Of a stretch of 64,000 nucleotides of DNA, positions 30,417 to 39,304 are shown piece by piece. The translations under genes and the position numbers were made by a program. The stretch covers positions 96,001 through 160,000 of the forward strand of contig CBDAQI010000013.1 of NCBI GenBank assembly GCA_965198945.1, read 5' to 3'. This DNA is from Thermodesulfobacteriota bacterium (lineage in GTDB: Bacteria; Desulfobacterota_D; UBA1144; Nemesobacterales; Mycalebacteriaceae). The notes below the pieces were generated by a model. That model made no database searches. It was not told the DNA's origin and saw only the letters and a program-made list of their open reading frames with translations. Position 1 is the stretch's first letter, and each line of letters starts with the position of its first letter.

Positions 30417-31292
30417 ATGCTTCATGGCTCAATCGTCGCTTTGATAACCCCGTTTAAGAAAAATTTTTCCGTGGATAATTCCGCTCTTGAGCGGCTTATT
30501 GAGTTTCATCTGAAAAGCGGCACCCACGGAATTCTCTCCTGCGGAACAACGGGAGAGTCCGCCACTCTTTCTCATGATGAACATAAAACTGTTATTGAAA
30601 AAACCTTGAAACTGTGCGCCGGCAAACTTCCTGTGATTGCGGGAACGGGGTCCAACAGCACCGAAGAGGCGGTTGATCTTACTCGTTTCGCTGAAAAAGC
30701 GGGAGCGGACGCCGCTCTTGTTGTTGTTCCTTATTACAACAAACCTTCACAGGAAGGATTGTTTGTTCACTTCGGAGCAATCGCTTCAAAAGTCGGCATT
30801 CCAATTATTCTCTATAATGTGCCGGGACGGTCAGTGGTCAACCTTCTTCCCGAAACTGTTGCCCGTCTCAACGACAAATATAAAAATATTGTCGGAATCA
30901 AAGAAGCCTCTTCAGTTGAGCAGGCTTCAAAAGTCATACATTTATGCGGGAAAGACTTTTCTCTTTTTTCAGGGGATGACGCGGTCAATTTTCCTTTGTT
31001 GTCTCTTGGAAGCAAGGGCTCAATCAGTGTTACGGCAAATGTGGCGGCGCGTGATGTGGCAAACATGCACACGCTTTACGACAAAAATGAAATTCCGCGC
31101 GCCAGAAAACTTCACTATAAGCTTCTGCATCTGAATGAAGCGATGTTTCTTGAATCAAACCCCGTTCCGGTTAAAACCACCCTGTCATTGATGAAAATGG
31201 ATTCCGGGGTTTTCAGACCTCCTCTTTGCCGGATTTCTCCCGCGAAAAAAAGGATTCTTGTCCGCGCTCTCAAAGATTACGGGCTGATTTAA
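30417..31292 (+). CDS. dapA: 4-hydroxy-tetrahydrodipicolinate synthase
   Basis: ALITPF, GTTGESATL, PYYNKP, LYNVPGR, GIKEA, SGDD, ESNPVPVK. Confidence 0.97.
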   Translation: MLHGSIVALITPFKKNFSVDNSALERLIEFHLKSGTHGILSCGTTGESATLSHDEHKTVIEKTLKLCAGKLPVIAGTGSNSTEEAVDLTRFAEKAGADAALVVVPYYNKPSQEGLFVHFGAIASKVGIPIILYNVPGRSVVNLLPETVARLNDKYKNIVGIKEASSVEQASKVIHLCGKDFSLFSGDDAVNFPLLSLGSKGSISVTANVAARDVANMHTLYDKNEIPRARKLHYKLLHLNEAMFLESNPVPVKTTLSLMKMDSGVFRPPLCRISPAKKRILVRALKDYGLI

Positions 31293-31309
31293 GAATAAAG
31301 TCTTTGCCG

Positions 31310-31903
31310 ATGATTGACGGACTTTTATACGAATCTGAAATTTATGATTCGGGGCTTGTTCCAGCCGGAGTGGATGAGGCGGGAAGGGGTCCGATAGCGG
31401 GCCCGGTTGTCGCAGCGGCGGCGGTTTTGCCGAGAGATTTTTATGTTGAGGGAGTTGACGATTCAAAAAAACTCTCACCCGCAAAGAGGGAAAAGATATT
31501 TGCCGGTCTTTCCCTGAACGGTGTGGAATATGCGGTTGGAATTTCTGATGCGCGTGAAATAGATGAAATAAACATCCTGAAAGCCACCGTCAAAGCTATG
31601 GAAAGAGCCGTTGCCGGACTGAAAATTTCACCCGGTTTTCTTCTGATAGACGGAAATCAAAAGATCGGGGTTTCAGTTAAACAGCGTGCCATAGTCGGGG
31701 GTGATGGAAAGTGCATGTCAATTGCCGTGGCGTCCATTGTTGCGAAGGTAACACGGGACAAAATTATGGAAGAGCTTCACCACAAATATCCCGTTTACAA
31801 TTTTTCAAAGCACAAGGGTTATCCAACCGCCGAACACAGAAAACTTGTTGAAGAATACGGGCCTTGTCCGGAACATAGAAAAAGCTTCAGATTAAATGTA
31901 TAA
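31310..31903 (+). CDS. rnhB: Ribonuclease HII
   Basis: GVDEAGRGPIAGPV, DDSKKLS, LIDG, ASIVAKVTRD, KHKGYPT, HRKSF. Confidence 0.97.
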   Translation: MIDGLLYESEIYDSGLVPAGVDEAGRGPIAGPVVAAAAVLPRDFYVEGVDDSKKLSPAKREKIFAGLSLNGVEYAVGISDAREIDEINILKATVKAMERAVAGLKISPGFLLIDGNQKIGVSVKQRAIVGGDGKCMSIAVASIVAKVTRDKIMEELHHKYPVYNFSKHKGYPTAEHRKLVEEYGPCPEHRKSFRLNV

Positions 31904-31907
31904 CACC

Positions 31908-31936
31908 TTGAAATCACAACAGCACTTAAATATGAT
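31908..31936 (+). promoter_or_regulatory. Sigma70-type promoter for the MerR-family gene
   Basis: TTGAAA (31908-31913), 17-bp spacer, TATGAT (31931-31936). Confidence 0.55.
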
Positions 31937-31949
31937 AGGTCTATAAACA

Positions 31950-32306
31950 ATGAGCGATTCACAGCATGCAAAGGCGCTTCCCAATAAAATCTATTTCAAA
32001 ATCGGGGAAGTGAGTGAATACACGGGCCTGAAAAGCCATACCGTACGTTACTGGGAAAAAGAGTTTGAACAGATCAAACCGACGAGAAGACGCAGTCAGC
32101 GTCTTTATGACAGAGAGACTATTTACTTGATACTCAGAATAAAACGTATGCTTTATAAAGAAAATTACACGATAGCAGGCGCAAGAAAGAGACTAAAAGA
32201 GGGATTGCCGGGCTCTGACGGCAGGCTGAAAGACTCGGAAGTTCTTTCTGATATCTGCAAAGAGCTCAGAGAAATCATAAATTTTCTTGACGATAACCGG
32301 TTATAA
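31950..32306 (+). CDS. MerR-family transcriptional regulator
   Basis: KIYFKIGEVS..GLKSHTVRYWEKEF..IKP..RLY..YTIAGARKRL; followed by tRNA-Pro(GGG), a common arrangement. Confidence 0.92.
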   Translation: MSDSQHAKALPNKIYFKIGEVSEYTGLKSHTVRYWEKEFEQIKPTRRRSQRLYDRETIYLILRIKRMLYKENYTIAGARKRLKEGLPGSDGRLKDSEVLSDICKELREIINFLDDNRL

Positions 32307-32338
32307 TTCCCCCGCTTATTAATAAAAAGGCTCTAAGT

Positions 32339-32415
32339 CGGGGCGTAGCGCAGCCTGGTAGCGCACCGGTCTGGGGGACCGGTGGTCATCGGTTCAAATC
32401 CGGTCGCCCCGACCA
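32339..32415 (+). tRNA. tRNA-Pro (GGG)
   Basis: CGGGGCGTAGCGCAGCCTGGTAGCGCACCGGTCTGGGGGACCGGTGGTCATCGGTTCAAATCCGGTCGCCCCGACCA. Confidence 0.97.
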
Positions 32416-32420
32416 CTTTT

Positions 32421-33191
32421 ATGACTGAAAAAATAAGAATACTTTTGTCAAATGATGACGGGATAACGTCTCCCGGAATTGCCGCTCTTGAGAAATCTCT
32501 TTCATGTCTCGGAGAGATTATTATAGTTGCGCCCGACAGAGACCAAAGCGCCTCAAGCCATGCTTTGAGTATACACAGACCCCTTCGCGTTGAGAAAATT
32601 GCGCCGAACAGATACAGCGTTGACGGCACTCCGACAGACTGTATAAATCTTGCCGTGAACGGCCTGATAAACGGCAAAAGGCCCAATCTGGTTGTTTCGG
32701 GCATAAACAAAGGAGCCAATGTGGGTGACGATGTTACTTATTCCGGAACGGTCAGCGCGGCTATGGAGGGAACACTTTTGAGGATTCCTTCAATTGCAGT
32801 GTCTGTTTTGGGGAAAAAGAATTTTATCTTTGAGACGGCTGCGGAATACATAAAAACTGTCGCAAGTTTTGCCCTGAAAAAACGGCTTCCCAAAGATACC
32901 TTTCTTAATGTGAATGTTCCCAATCTGCCGATAGAAAAAATCAAGGGAGTGAAAATTACAAAACAGGGAAAAAGATTTTATAACGAAGAGATAATCAAGA
33001 ACAAAGACCCGAGAGGCAAACCCTATTACTGGATAGGCGGGGACGAACTTGATTATAAGAAAATTCCCAATTCTGATATTCTTTCCGTTATGAACGGCTG
33101 GATATCAATAACGCCGATTAACCTTGATTTTACTGACTATTCATATCTTGAAACTCTTGACAAAGACCATATTCTGGAACTGAAAAAATAG
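32421..33191 (+). CDS. surE: 5'/3'-nucleotidase SurE
   Basis: ILLSNDDG, APDRDQSASS, GTPTDC, VSGINKGAN, YSGTVSAAMEG, LNVNVP. Confidence 0.97.
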   Translation: MTEKIRILLSNDDGITSPGIAALEKSLSCLGEIIIVAPDRDQSASSHALSIHRPLRVEKIAPNRYSVDGTPTDCINLAVNGLINGKRPNLVVSGINKGANVGDDVTYSGTVSAAMEGTLLRIPSIAVSVLGKKNFIFETAAEYIKTVASFALKKRLPKDTFLNVNVPNLPIEKIKGVKITKQGKRFYNEEIIKNKDPRGKPYYWIGGDELDYKKIPNSDILSVMNGWISITPINLDFTDYSYLETLDKDHILELKK

Positions 33192-33259
33192 GGTTCAAAC
33201 CCCTTTGTAAATTTCCGTTTCTTTACCGCGGAAGTTTTTTATATGCCAAATATGGGAAT

Positions 33260-33892
33260 TCAACCCAATGCGGGGAAAACTCCTCTTATGCCGTCAATAA
33301 GCATCCCCATAGAAATGGCAAGCAGTATCATTCCCATCAAACGGGTCATAATGACACGTAATGTGTTTGTCAGTAATTTCCCCAAAAATGATGCAAAAAA
33401 CAGCACCAGAAAAAGTATAATCAGAATTGCGTAAACTATGCTCCCGATTTCAAGCAGATCAATAAAATCTTTTGCATGACCTCAGTAAATTATGAGGGTT
33501 GCAATGGTTCCCGGTCCGATTATCATCGGAAAAGTAATTGGATAGAAAGCCAGCACCGAAAGTTCGGACATCTGTTTCTGTTCCTTTCCCGTCCCGTGGT
33601 GGGAAGTAATATCATGACCGTTTAGCATTGACCAGGCTATTGTTGCAAGCACCACTCCTCCGGCAATACGGAACTGGTCCACCGTAATGCCGAAGAAACT
33701 GATAATCTGCTGACCGGCAAAAAGAAAGACTGCGGCCATGATGGCTGAAAAAAAGGTGATCTTGACTGCAAGCACACGTTGCTGGGCGACACTGAATCCG
33801 TCCGTCAAAGCCATAAAAATTGGCAGATTCACAAACGGGTTCATGATTGCAAAAAAAGTGCCAAAAACCTTTATAAGTTCAGTGCCGTCCAT
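33260..33892 (-). pseudogene. MarC-family membrane protein with an internal TGA at 33482-33484
   Basis: FFAIMNPFVNLPIF, FRIAGG, YPITFPMIIGPGTI. The same frame continues past the TGA for 73 codons with the MarC C-terminus (VIMTRLMGMILLAISMGMLIDGI) to TGA at 33260. Confidence 0.85.
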
Positions 33893-34101
33893 TATGGTTC
33901 TCCCGGTTTTTTTGTCAGCAAAGCTTTTATACTAATCGGATGGCAGGCGAATACATAATCCGCGGGATGTTTCCTACGCTTGGATGTCCTGTCATTATGA
34001 ACCTTGGGACCCGCTGTTGAAGACGGGTGAATAGATTTATTGTGTGTTGACGGGAAATGTTGTCTGACAAAAGCAATGTCGGGCGCTGAGGCGTGTGACA
34101 A
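33892..34101 (-). pseudogene. Possible remnant of a class-V aminotransferase / cysteine-desulfurase-like gene
   Basis: N-terminus PDIAFVRQHFP resembles the D(I/V)xxVRxxFP start of that family; the rest is unrecognisable. Confidence 0.3.
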
Positions 34102-34178
34102 GGGCGCTCTGTGCTTTTTAAGTCGTCAAAACCGCAACTTTGATTTTTAACTCTGACTCTCGGTTTTTATTTGAAAAA

Positions 34179-34224
34179 GGTTTGATAGAAACGGATTCAA
34201 AGTTTATGATAGAGGTAGCTTTTT
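34179..34224. repeat. Intergenic ~47-bp element, copy 2
   Basis: GGTTTGATAGAAAC-ggattc-AAAGTTTAT-g-ATAGAG-gta-GCTTTTT, similar to 28301-28347. Confidence 0.75.
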
Positions 34225-34380
34225 GCCTCAGTGGAGGCCGTGCCTTGCCGACTTGAGTGTGGTTTATGCATAAAGTTGCCCGCCGGTTTGCTTCTGCAAA
34301 CGGGGGGAAATTTTTATGAGTAAAAACCGGGCTCTCTTTTTGATCTCTCCGGAGACCGGATTTTATTACGGAGTTGAAAA

Positions 34381-34959
34381 ATGAATTTTTTAAGGCGTCT
34401 TTATGAAAGTTTTCTGGGGTTCTCAGGCAAACCTTATGCCAGTTTTGTTCTGAGTGCGGTGGCATTTGTTGAGTCTTTTATATTCCCCATTCCACCCGAT
34501 GCCTTGCTTATTCCAATGTGTTTGGGAAACCCGGCCAGAGCTTTCAGGTTTGCTCTTTACTGTTCGGTGTTTTCCGTGCTTGGCGCCTGTACCGGATTTT
34601 TTCTCGGCAAGTTTTTTTGGAGTCTGGCCGGGCAATGGTTTTTCACATATATATTTAATGAGGCAAGTTTCAACACGGTTGGTCAAATGTTCAATGAAAA
34701 CGGCTTCTATGCAATTCTGGCATCCGCTTTTACACCGATTCCTTTCAAAGTTTTTACAATTGCCGCCGGTGTTTTCAATGTGAGTTTCGGGGCTCTGCTA
34801 GCCGCTTCCGTTATCGGCAGAAGCGCGAGATTTTTCTTTCTTGCGGGTCTTGTGTGGAAATTCGGTGAAGACATCAAACCTTTTATTGACAGATACTTCA
34901 ATACTCTGACGATTATTGCGGTTTTGCTTCTTGTGATTTTAGTTGTTCTGCTCGGATAA
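34381..34959 (+). CDS. YqaA/DedA (VTT domain) membrane protein
   Basis: AFVESFIFPIPPDALLIPM, SVLGA..G, FTPIPFKVFTIAAG, GRSARFF. Confidence 0.9.
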   Translation: MNFLRRLYESFLGFSGKPYASFVLSAVAFVESFIFPIPPDALLIPMCLGNPARAFRFALYCSVFSVLGACTGFFLGKFFWSLAGQWFFTYIFNEASFNTVGQMFNENGFYAILASAFTPIPFKVFTIAAGVFNVSFGALLAASVIGRSARFFFLAGLVWKFGEDIKPFIDRYFNTLTIIAVLLLVILVVLLG

Positions 34960-35009
34960 TAAAGAGTGCTGAAAAAGTCTGATTTCCCAAGTAGACTTTG
35001 GGTGAAATA

Positions 35010-35849
35010 ATGCCAAACATATTTGAACAGAACAGGGATGCGAGGAGACGCTCAAAAAGACGGCGCCTGGTGGTTTCGCTTGCCGCGGCCTTGCTTCTTA
35101 ACTTGATTGTCCTGATGTCTCTGAACTTGCGCACGGTCCGGCAGGTTGAAACGCAGGATTTGTTCCTTGAGCTTGATATAACGGACTTTGTGCCGGAGCA
35201 GGATGAATCTCCCGATATTGTGGTGGATGATTCCAGGGCGTATTCCACAAAGTCTTACAACTCCCAGAGAGACAAAGTGAAATACGGCACTTACGGCGGG
35301 CTGCCAAGTTCTCCGTCCGTGCCCCAGCCTTATTCGCCTGCGGAAGACGCGGTTGAAAAATTAACTGATCAATCTGATTTGGTAGAAAAAACACTCTGGC
35401 AATTAGTTAGAGAATCCACAAGAGAATCTCTCAGAGAGATCTACAATCAGGCGGATGACAGGCGTCCGGGCAATGACGGAGACTATAAGGGAGAATCGGA
35501 TGAAAATGATTTCAGCGTGATTAAACCGGAAGACAAATACATATCTTATCTCCAGAAATTCAGAAGTAAAATTCAAAATGTATGGAGGCCGGACCTTATA
35601 TTCCCAGCAGGTCATGTAAGCCGCGGAGATATTTACACTGTTTTACAGGTGGAAATAAAAAGAGACGGGACGCTCCGGTTTATTGAGATATCCAGGTCTT
35701 CCGGTATTGCCGCTTTTGACAGCGAAGCGATCAGAACAGTGAGAGAAGCCGCTCCTTACAGCCCATTCCCGCCCAGCTGGAAAGATCAGTCAACATTCTC
35801 TTTCGCTTTTGGATTTAAGTTGGTCGGCAACAGTATCATAATCATGTGA
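35010..35849 (+). CDS. TonB/TolA C-terminal domain protein
   Basis: N-terminal TM anchor; C-terminal YLQKFRSKIQNVW..VEIKRDG..SRSSG..FDSEAIRTVREAAPYSPFP. Confidence 0.8.
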   Translation: MPNIFEQNRDARRRSKRRRLVVSLAAALLLNLIVLMSLNLRTVRQVETQDLFLELDITDFVPEQDESPDIVVDDSRAYSTKSYNSQRDKVKYGTYGGLPSSPSVPQPYSPAEDAVEKLTDQSDLVEKTLWQLVRESTRESLREIYNQADDRRPGNDGDYKGESDENDFSVIKPEDKYISYLQKFRSKIQNVWRPDLIFPAGHVSRGDIYTVLQVEIKRDGTLRFIEISRSSGIAAFDSEAIRTVREAAPYSPFPPSWKDQSTFSFAFGFKLVGNSIIIM

Positions 35850-36906
35850 TAACAACACCCGGGGAGCCGCCCTTTCCCGTTTTTTCAACTCTTCCGATAA
35901 TACGCGCTCCTTTGCATCCGGTTTTCTCAAGTTTTTTCAAAATGCCGCTTGAGTCAGCGGGGTTTACCGTCAGAGTCATTCCTATTCCGCAGTTGAAAAC
36001 TCTGAACATATCGTTGTCATCCAAACCCGCCGAGTTTTTGACAAGTTCAAAAATAGCCGGGATTTTCCAGGAAGATTTTTCAATAACCGCCACACACTCA
36101 CCCGGCAGCGAACGGGGGATATTTCCGAGCAGTCCGCCGCCCGTTATATGGGCCGCTGAATGAACATCAAAATTTTCAAACACCTCCTTTAGAGGCCGGA
36201 CGTAGATTTTTGTCGGTTCCAGCAGCTCTTCCGCAAGTGGACGGGAAAAGCCCTCCGGTATGGAGTCCGGAGTGAACTGCCGTTTTTCCAGAAGAGCTTT
36301 TCTAACGAGCGAATAGCCGTTTGAATGCAAACCGCTTGAGGGCAGTCCAATTATTTCGTCGCCCGGGCAAACCTTTTTTCCGCTTATGTATCTATTTTTG
36401 TCGGCAATGCCTACCGCAAATCCGGCAATGTCAAACTCTCCGCCGGAGTAGAAGTCCGGCATTTCCGCCGTTTCTCCTCCAAGAAGAGCGCACCCCGCTT
36501 CCGAGCATCCTTTTGTGATTCCTTTAACAACCTCAGCCATCTTTTCAGCCTCCAGACGGCCTGTTGCAATATAGTCCAGAAAGAAAAGAGGCTGCGCGCC
36601 GCATGTAATTATGTCATTGACACACATTGCCACAAGGTCAACGCCTATGGAATCAAATCTGTCTGCGGCGAAGGCTATTTTCAGTTTGGTTCCGACTCCG
36701 TCAGTTGCTCCGACGAGGTATAAGTTCGTGCCGGGAAGAATGTAAACTCCCGAAAAACCGCCGTATTGTTTTAGAACGTTGCCGTTATGAGTTGCTTGAA
36801 CAAGGGGTTTAATGAGCCGGACGAACCTGTCCCCCTCTTCTATATTAACGCCGGAATCGGAATATTGTAGTTTTTGTTTGGCCTGATTTTGTTTGTTTTT
36901 TACCAC
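35842..36906 (-). CDS. purM: Phosphoribosylformylglycinamidine cyclo-ligase
   Basis: YSDSGVNI, TDGVGTK, DLVAMCVND, GGETAEMP, SSGLHSNGYS, HITGGG, FNCGIGM. Confidence 0.97.
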   Translation of the reverse strand: MVKNKQNQAKQKLQYSDSGVNIEEGDRFVRLIKPLVQATHNGNVLKQYGGFSGVYILPGTNLYLVGATDGVGTKLKIAFAADRFDSIGVDLVAMCVNDIITCGAQPLFFLDYIATGRLEAEKMAEVVKGITKGCSEAGCALLGGETAEMPDFYSGGEFDIAGFAVGIADKNRYISGKKVCPGDEIIGLPSSGLHSNGYSLVRKALLEKRQFTPDSIPEGFSRPLAEELLEPTKIYVRPLKEVFENFDVHSAAHITGGGLLGNIPRSLPGECVAVIEKSSWKIPAIFELVKNSAGLDDNDMFRVFNCGIGMTLTVNPADSSGILKKLEKTGCKGARIIGRVEKTGKGGSPGVVIT

Positions 36907-37040
36907 GGCAGTTTATTCATAAGCGGTGCTATAACAGGACCGAAAAAAGCTACCGTTACGATAAGAAAAATCAAAAATGCTATGGAAAGAACGGTGTGTA
37001 TGACAATTATTTTTGCCAGATTATCCAGAAATCTGCTCAT
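36900..37040 (-). CDS. 46-aa hydrophobic membrane peptide (not in ORF track)
   Basis: MSRFLDNLAKIIVIHTVLSIAFLIFLIVTVAFFGPVIAPLMNKLPW*; GGAGG upstream; starts 3 nt after the actF stop; its end overlaps the purM GTG. Confidence 0.7.
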   Translation of the reverse strand: MSRFLDNLAKIIVIHTVLSIAFLIFLIVTVAFFGPVIAPLMNKLPW

Positions 37041-37043
37041 ATT

Positions 37044-38237
37044 TCAGTGGCCTCCATGATGCGAGTTTGGACCGTCAAAATAAGGGTCTCCAAAAGGTAT
37101 TGAGGGAAATTTTGTCAGAAAAGTCAGCGTGGTGCATAAAAAAGCCCCCGCAAAACCGAGAGTAATTAAAAAATCATATGGAGAAGTTTGCAGAGAAGAA
37201 GAAAAAGACGGTGTGACAAGCAGAAACTTGTCCATCCAAAGACCGCATAAAAACACCATTGATATGAATACCGCTATGGGCCTGGTAATTTTGTGCGTCC
37301 TGGGCATGAATGAGATGAAAGGGAATATGAAGCAGCATGTCAGCACAGCCCATGAGAAGGTTTTGAAAGGTTCTTCCGCAACCCTTTTGATAACGAAAGC
37401 GGTTTCTTCCGGCATATTTGCATACCAGATGGGCAGCAGTTGAGAAAACATCAAATAAGCCCACAAAAGCGCAAATCCGTTTAGCATTTTTCCAATATCC
37501 CAGAAGTGGTAATCACCCAGGTATTTTTTCAGATTAAGGTAGCGCAGGAGCCCAGCTGAAATAATTATGGTCATTCCCACAGCCGATATAAGCCCACCCA
37601 TAAAGTAATACGGACCGAAAAGGGTGCTGAACCAGTGAGGGTCAAGCGACATCATGAAATCCCATGAAAAAAAACTGAAAACCACCGCATATGTTCCCAC
37701 TATGTAAGGCGCAAGCTTTTTCACTGATTTAAAATCGGTTTTTGAAGGGTCAGTGTCAAGAAGCACGGAATTGCGTACATATCTGTATGTCAAAAACAGA
37801 AGAAGCGCAAAGCCCAGAAAGTTTCTGAGAAAAACAAAAGTCATATTCAGCCAGATGTCTTTCGGGGCATGGTAGTGATGAGTTGAATATGGAAGCAGAT
37901 AATCGGCGCCGGCGAATATCAAAAGCAGAAGTAGCATTGAAAGGGGAAGAAAAGAGCCGAAAGATTCACTTATTCTGAGAAAAGACCTGCCCCACCTGGC
38001 ATTTGTAATCCTCAACACGCATGAAAAAATAACTCCCCCCTGAGCGACCGCAGTCCAAAAAAGAAAATTAATCAGCAGTATGCGCCATGCGCCGGGGGAA
38101 GAATCAGGAGAGCCTGCGGCGATTGCAAATGCAAGCGCGCCCACCGCCGCTATTGCGCCGAGAAAAAACAGTATCCATTTGGGAATCCGCCCGGTTTTGG
38201 CCAGCACATCTTCGCGTGTTTTATCAGTTTTCTCCAT
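37044..38237 (-). CDS. actF: Alternative complex III subunit F
   Basis: Multi-TM; DFMMSLDPHWFSTLFG, WAYLMFSQLLPIWYANMPEE; position in the operon. Confidence 0.9.
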   Translation of the reverse strand: MEKTDKTREDVLAKTGRIPKWILFFLGAIAAVGALAFAIAAGSPDSSPGAWRILLINFLFWTAVAQGGVIFSCVLRITNARWGRSFLRISESFGSFLPLSMLLLLLIFAGADYLLPYSTHHYHAPKDIWLNMTFVFLRNFLGFALLLFLTYRYVRNSVLLDTDPSKTDFKSVKKLAPYIVGTYAVVFSFFSWDFMMSLDPHWFSTLFGPYYFMGGLISAVGMTIIISAGLLRYLNLKKYLGDYHFWDIGKMLNGFALLWAYLMFSQLLPIWYANMPEETAFVIKRVAEEPFKTFSWAVLTCCFIFPFISFMPRTHKITRPIAVFISMVFLCGLWMDKFLLVTPSFSSSLQTSPYDFLITLGFAGAFLCTTLTFLTKFPSIPFGDPYFDGPNSHHGGH

Positions 38238-38784
38238 CTTGTTTTTCCTGTTCTTTTACTTTTGGTTTGTTTTTCAATTGCAAATGCCTTACATAATTAA
38301 CCAAATGCCAGCCGTCTTGCGCCTGAGGCATATTTTCCCCGTAAGCGGGCATCATAATCTTTCCGCCATAAATAATATATGCGTAGATATACCCGTCAGT
38401 TCTTGCTTCCGTTGCCGCAGAGGTTAAATCAACCGGATAGAATCCGTGCCCCTTTGAAATAATAACTCCGTCTCCAAGCCCCTTTTCCCCATGGCAGGAA
38501 ACACAGTTGTAGACAAAGAGCTGCTTTCCTCTTTCTATTGACCGGGCGGTTGCCTGAATGGGGGATTTATCAACGGCTTCAATCTCTTTTCTCGGAATTT
38601 TCGGAGACTCTTTACGGCTTAAAGAATTTTGCGGATGAAGCACCGGGTTTTCATAAGGGTCATATGAAGGCTGCTCCCACATATCAAATGACCAGTGGAA
38701 TGAATAAGCTCTTTCCGGGACAATCAGCGTACACAAAACAATTGCCGCAAGCAAAACGAAATTTTTGTCTTTATGCGGAGTCAA
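38224..38784 (-). CDS. actE: Alternative complex III subunit E (monoheme cytochrome c)
   Basis: DMWEQP, single CVSCH, GDG, MMPAYG, WHLVNYVR. Confidence 0.85.
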   Translation of the reverse strand: MTPHKDKNFVLLAAIVLCTLIVPERAYSFHWSFDMWEQPSYDPYENPVLHPQNSLSRKESPKIPRKEIEAVDKSPIQATARSIERGKQLFVYNCVSCHGEKGLGDGVIISKGHGFYPVDLTSAATEARTDGYIYAYIIYGGKIMMPAYGENMPQAQDGWHLVNYVRHLQLKNKPKVKEQEKQDGEN

Positions 38785-39304
38785 ACTTTACCTCCTCCGC
38801 TCCTCCTGAAAGCATAATCTCCTTTGCGGCAAGGCAGTTTTTCTCATCCGAACAAACAACCATCAAACCGAATTTGTCATCAGAGAATCTGGGGTCATAC
38901 ATCGTAACGGGCGCTCTTCTGCGCAAAAGCGAGTTTATAAGCAGGCCCATAAGTGTTGAGAGCGCTCCGATAAGTATTGTGAGTTCAAATATGATAACTA
39001 CGAAAGGCAGTATGGAAACAATGGGTTTCGCGCTGACCTGTATGGGCCAGGAACTTGAGGTGATTGTTGTAAATGCAATGCCTGACGCGCCTCCCAGCAA
39101 AGCTCCGAAAAGGGTGAAAAATCTCACCGGGCTTTCAGGTTCGTCAATAATTTCCTCTATCTCATGGCTTGGAACCGGAGAGAATACCCTGATGTTTCCA
39201 AAACCCTTTTCTTTAAGAGTTTTAAGGCAGTCAGCCAGGGTGTCCAAATGCTTGTATACTCCGAGCACGCCGTTTTGAGAATTCTTATCCATTTTCTTCT
39301 CCAT
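38771..39304 (-). CDS. actD: Alternative complex III subunit D (DUF3341)
   Basis: VFSPVPSH, two TMs, KP..P..IIFELTIL, DPRFSDDKFG. Confidence 0.9.
   Translation of the reverse strand: MEKKMDKNSQNGVLGVYKHLDTLADCLKTLKEKGFGNIRVFSPVPSHEIEEIIDEPESPVRFFTLFGALLGGASGIAFTTITSSSWPIQVSAKPIVSILPFVVIIFELTILIGALSTLMGLLINSLLRRRAPVTMYDPRFSDDKFGLMVVCSDEKNCLAAKEIMLSGGAEEVKFDSA

Noticed and set aside
32333..32719. 128-aa - strand ORF ending GATGFEPMTTGPPDRCATRLRYAP
   Set aside because: Antisense translation of tRNA-Pro and surE.
33482..33484. Selenocysteine or Trp readthrough of the marC TGA
   Set aside because: MarC has no catalytic Cys at this position that I know of, I saw no convincing SECIS-like hairpin, and TGA terminates many conserved genes normally in this window.
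38538..39278. 246-aa + strand ORF
   Set aside because: Antisense to actD/actE with no independent evidence.
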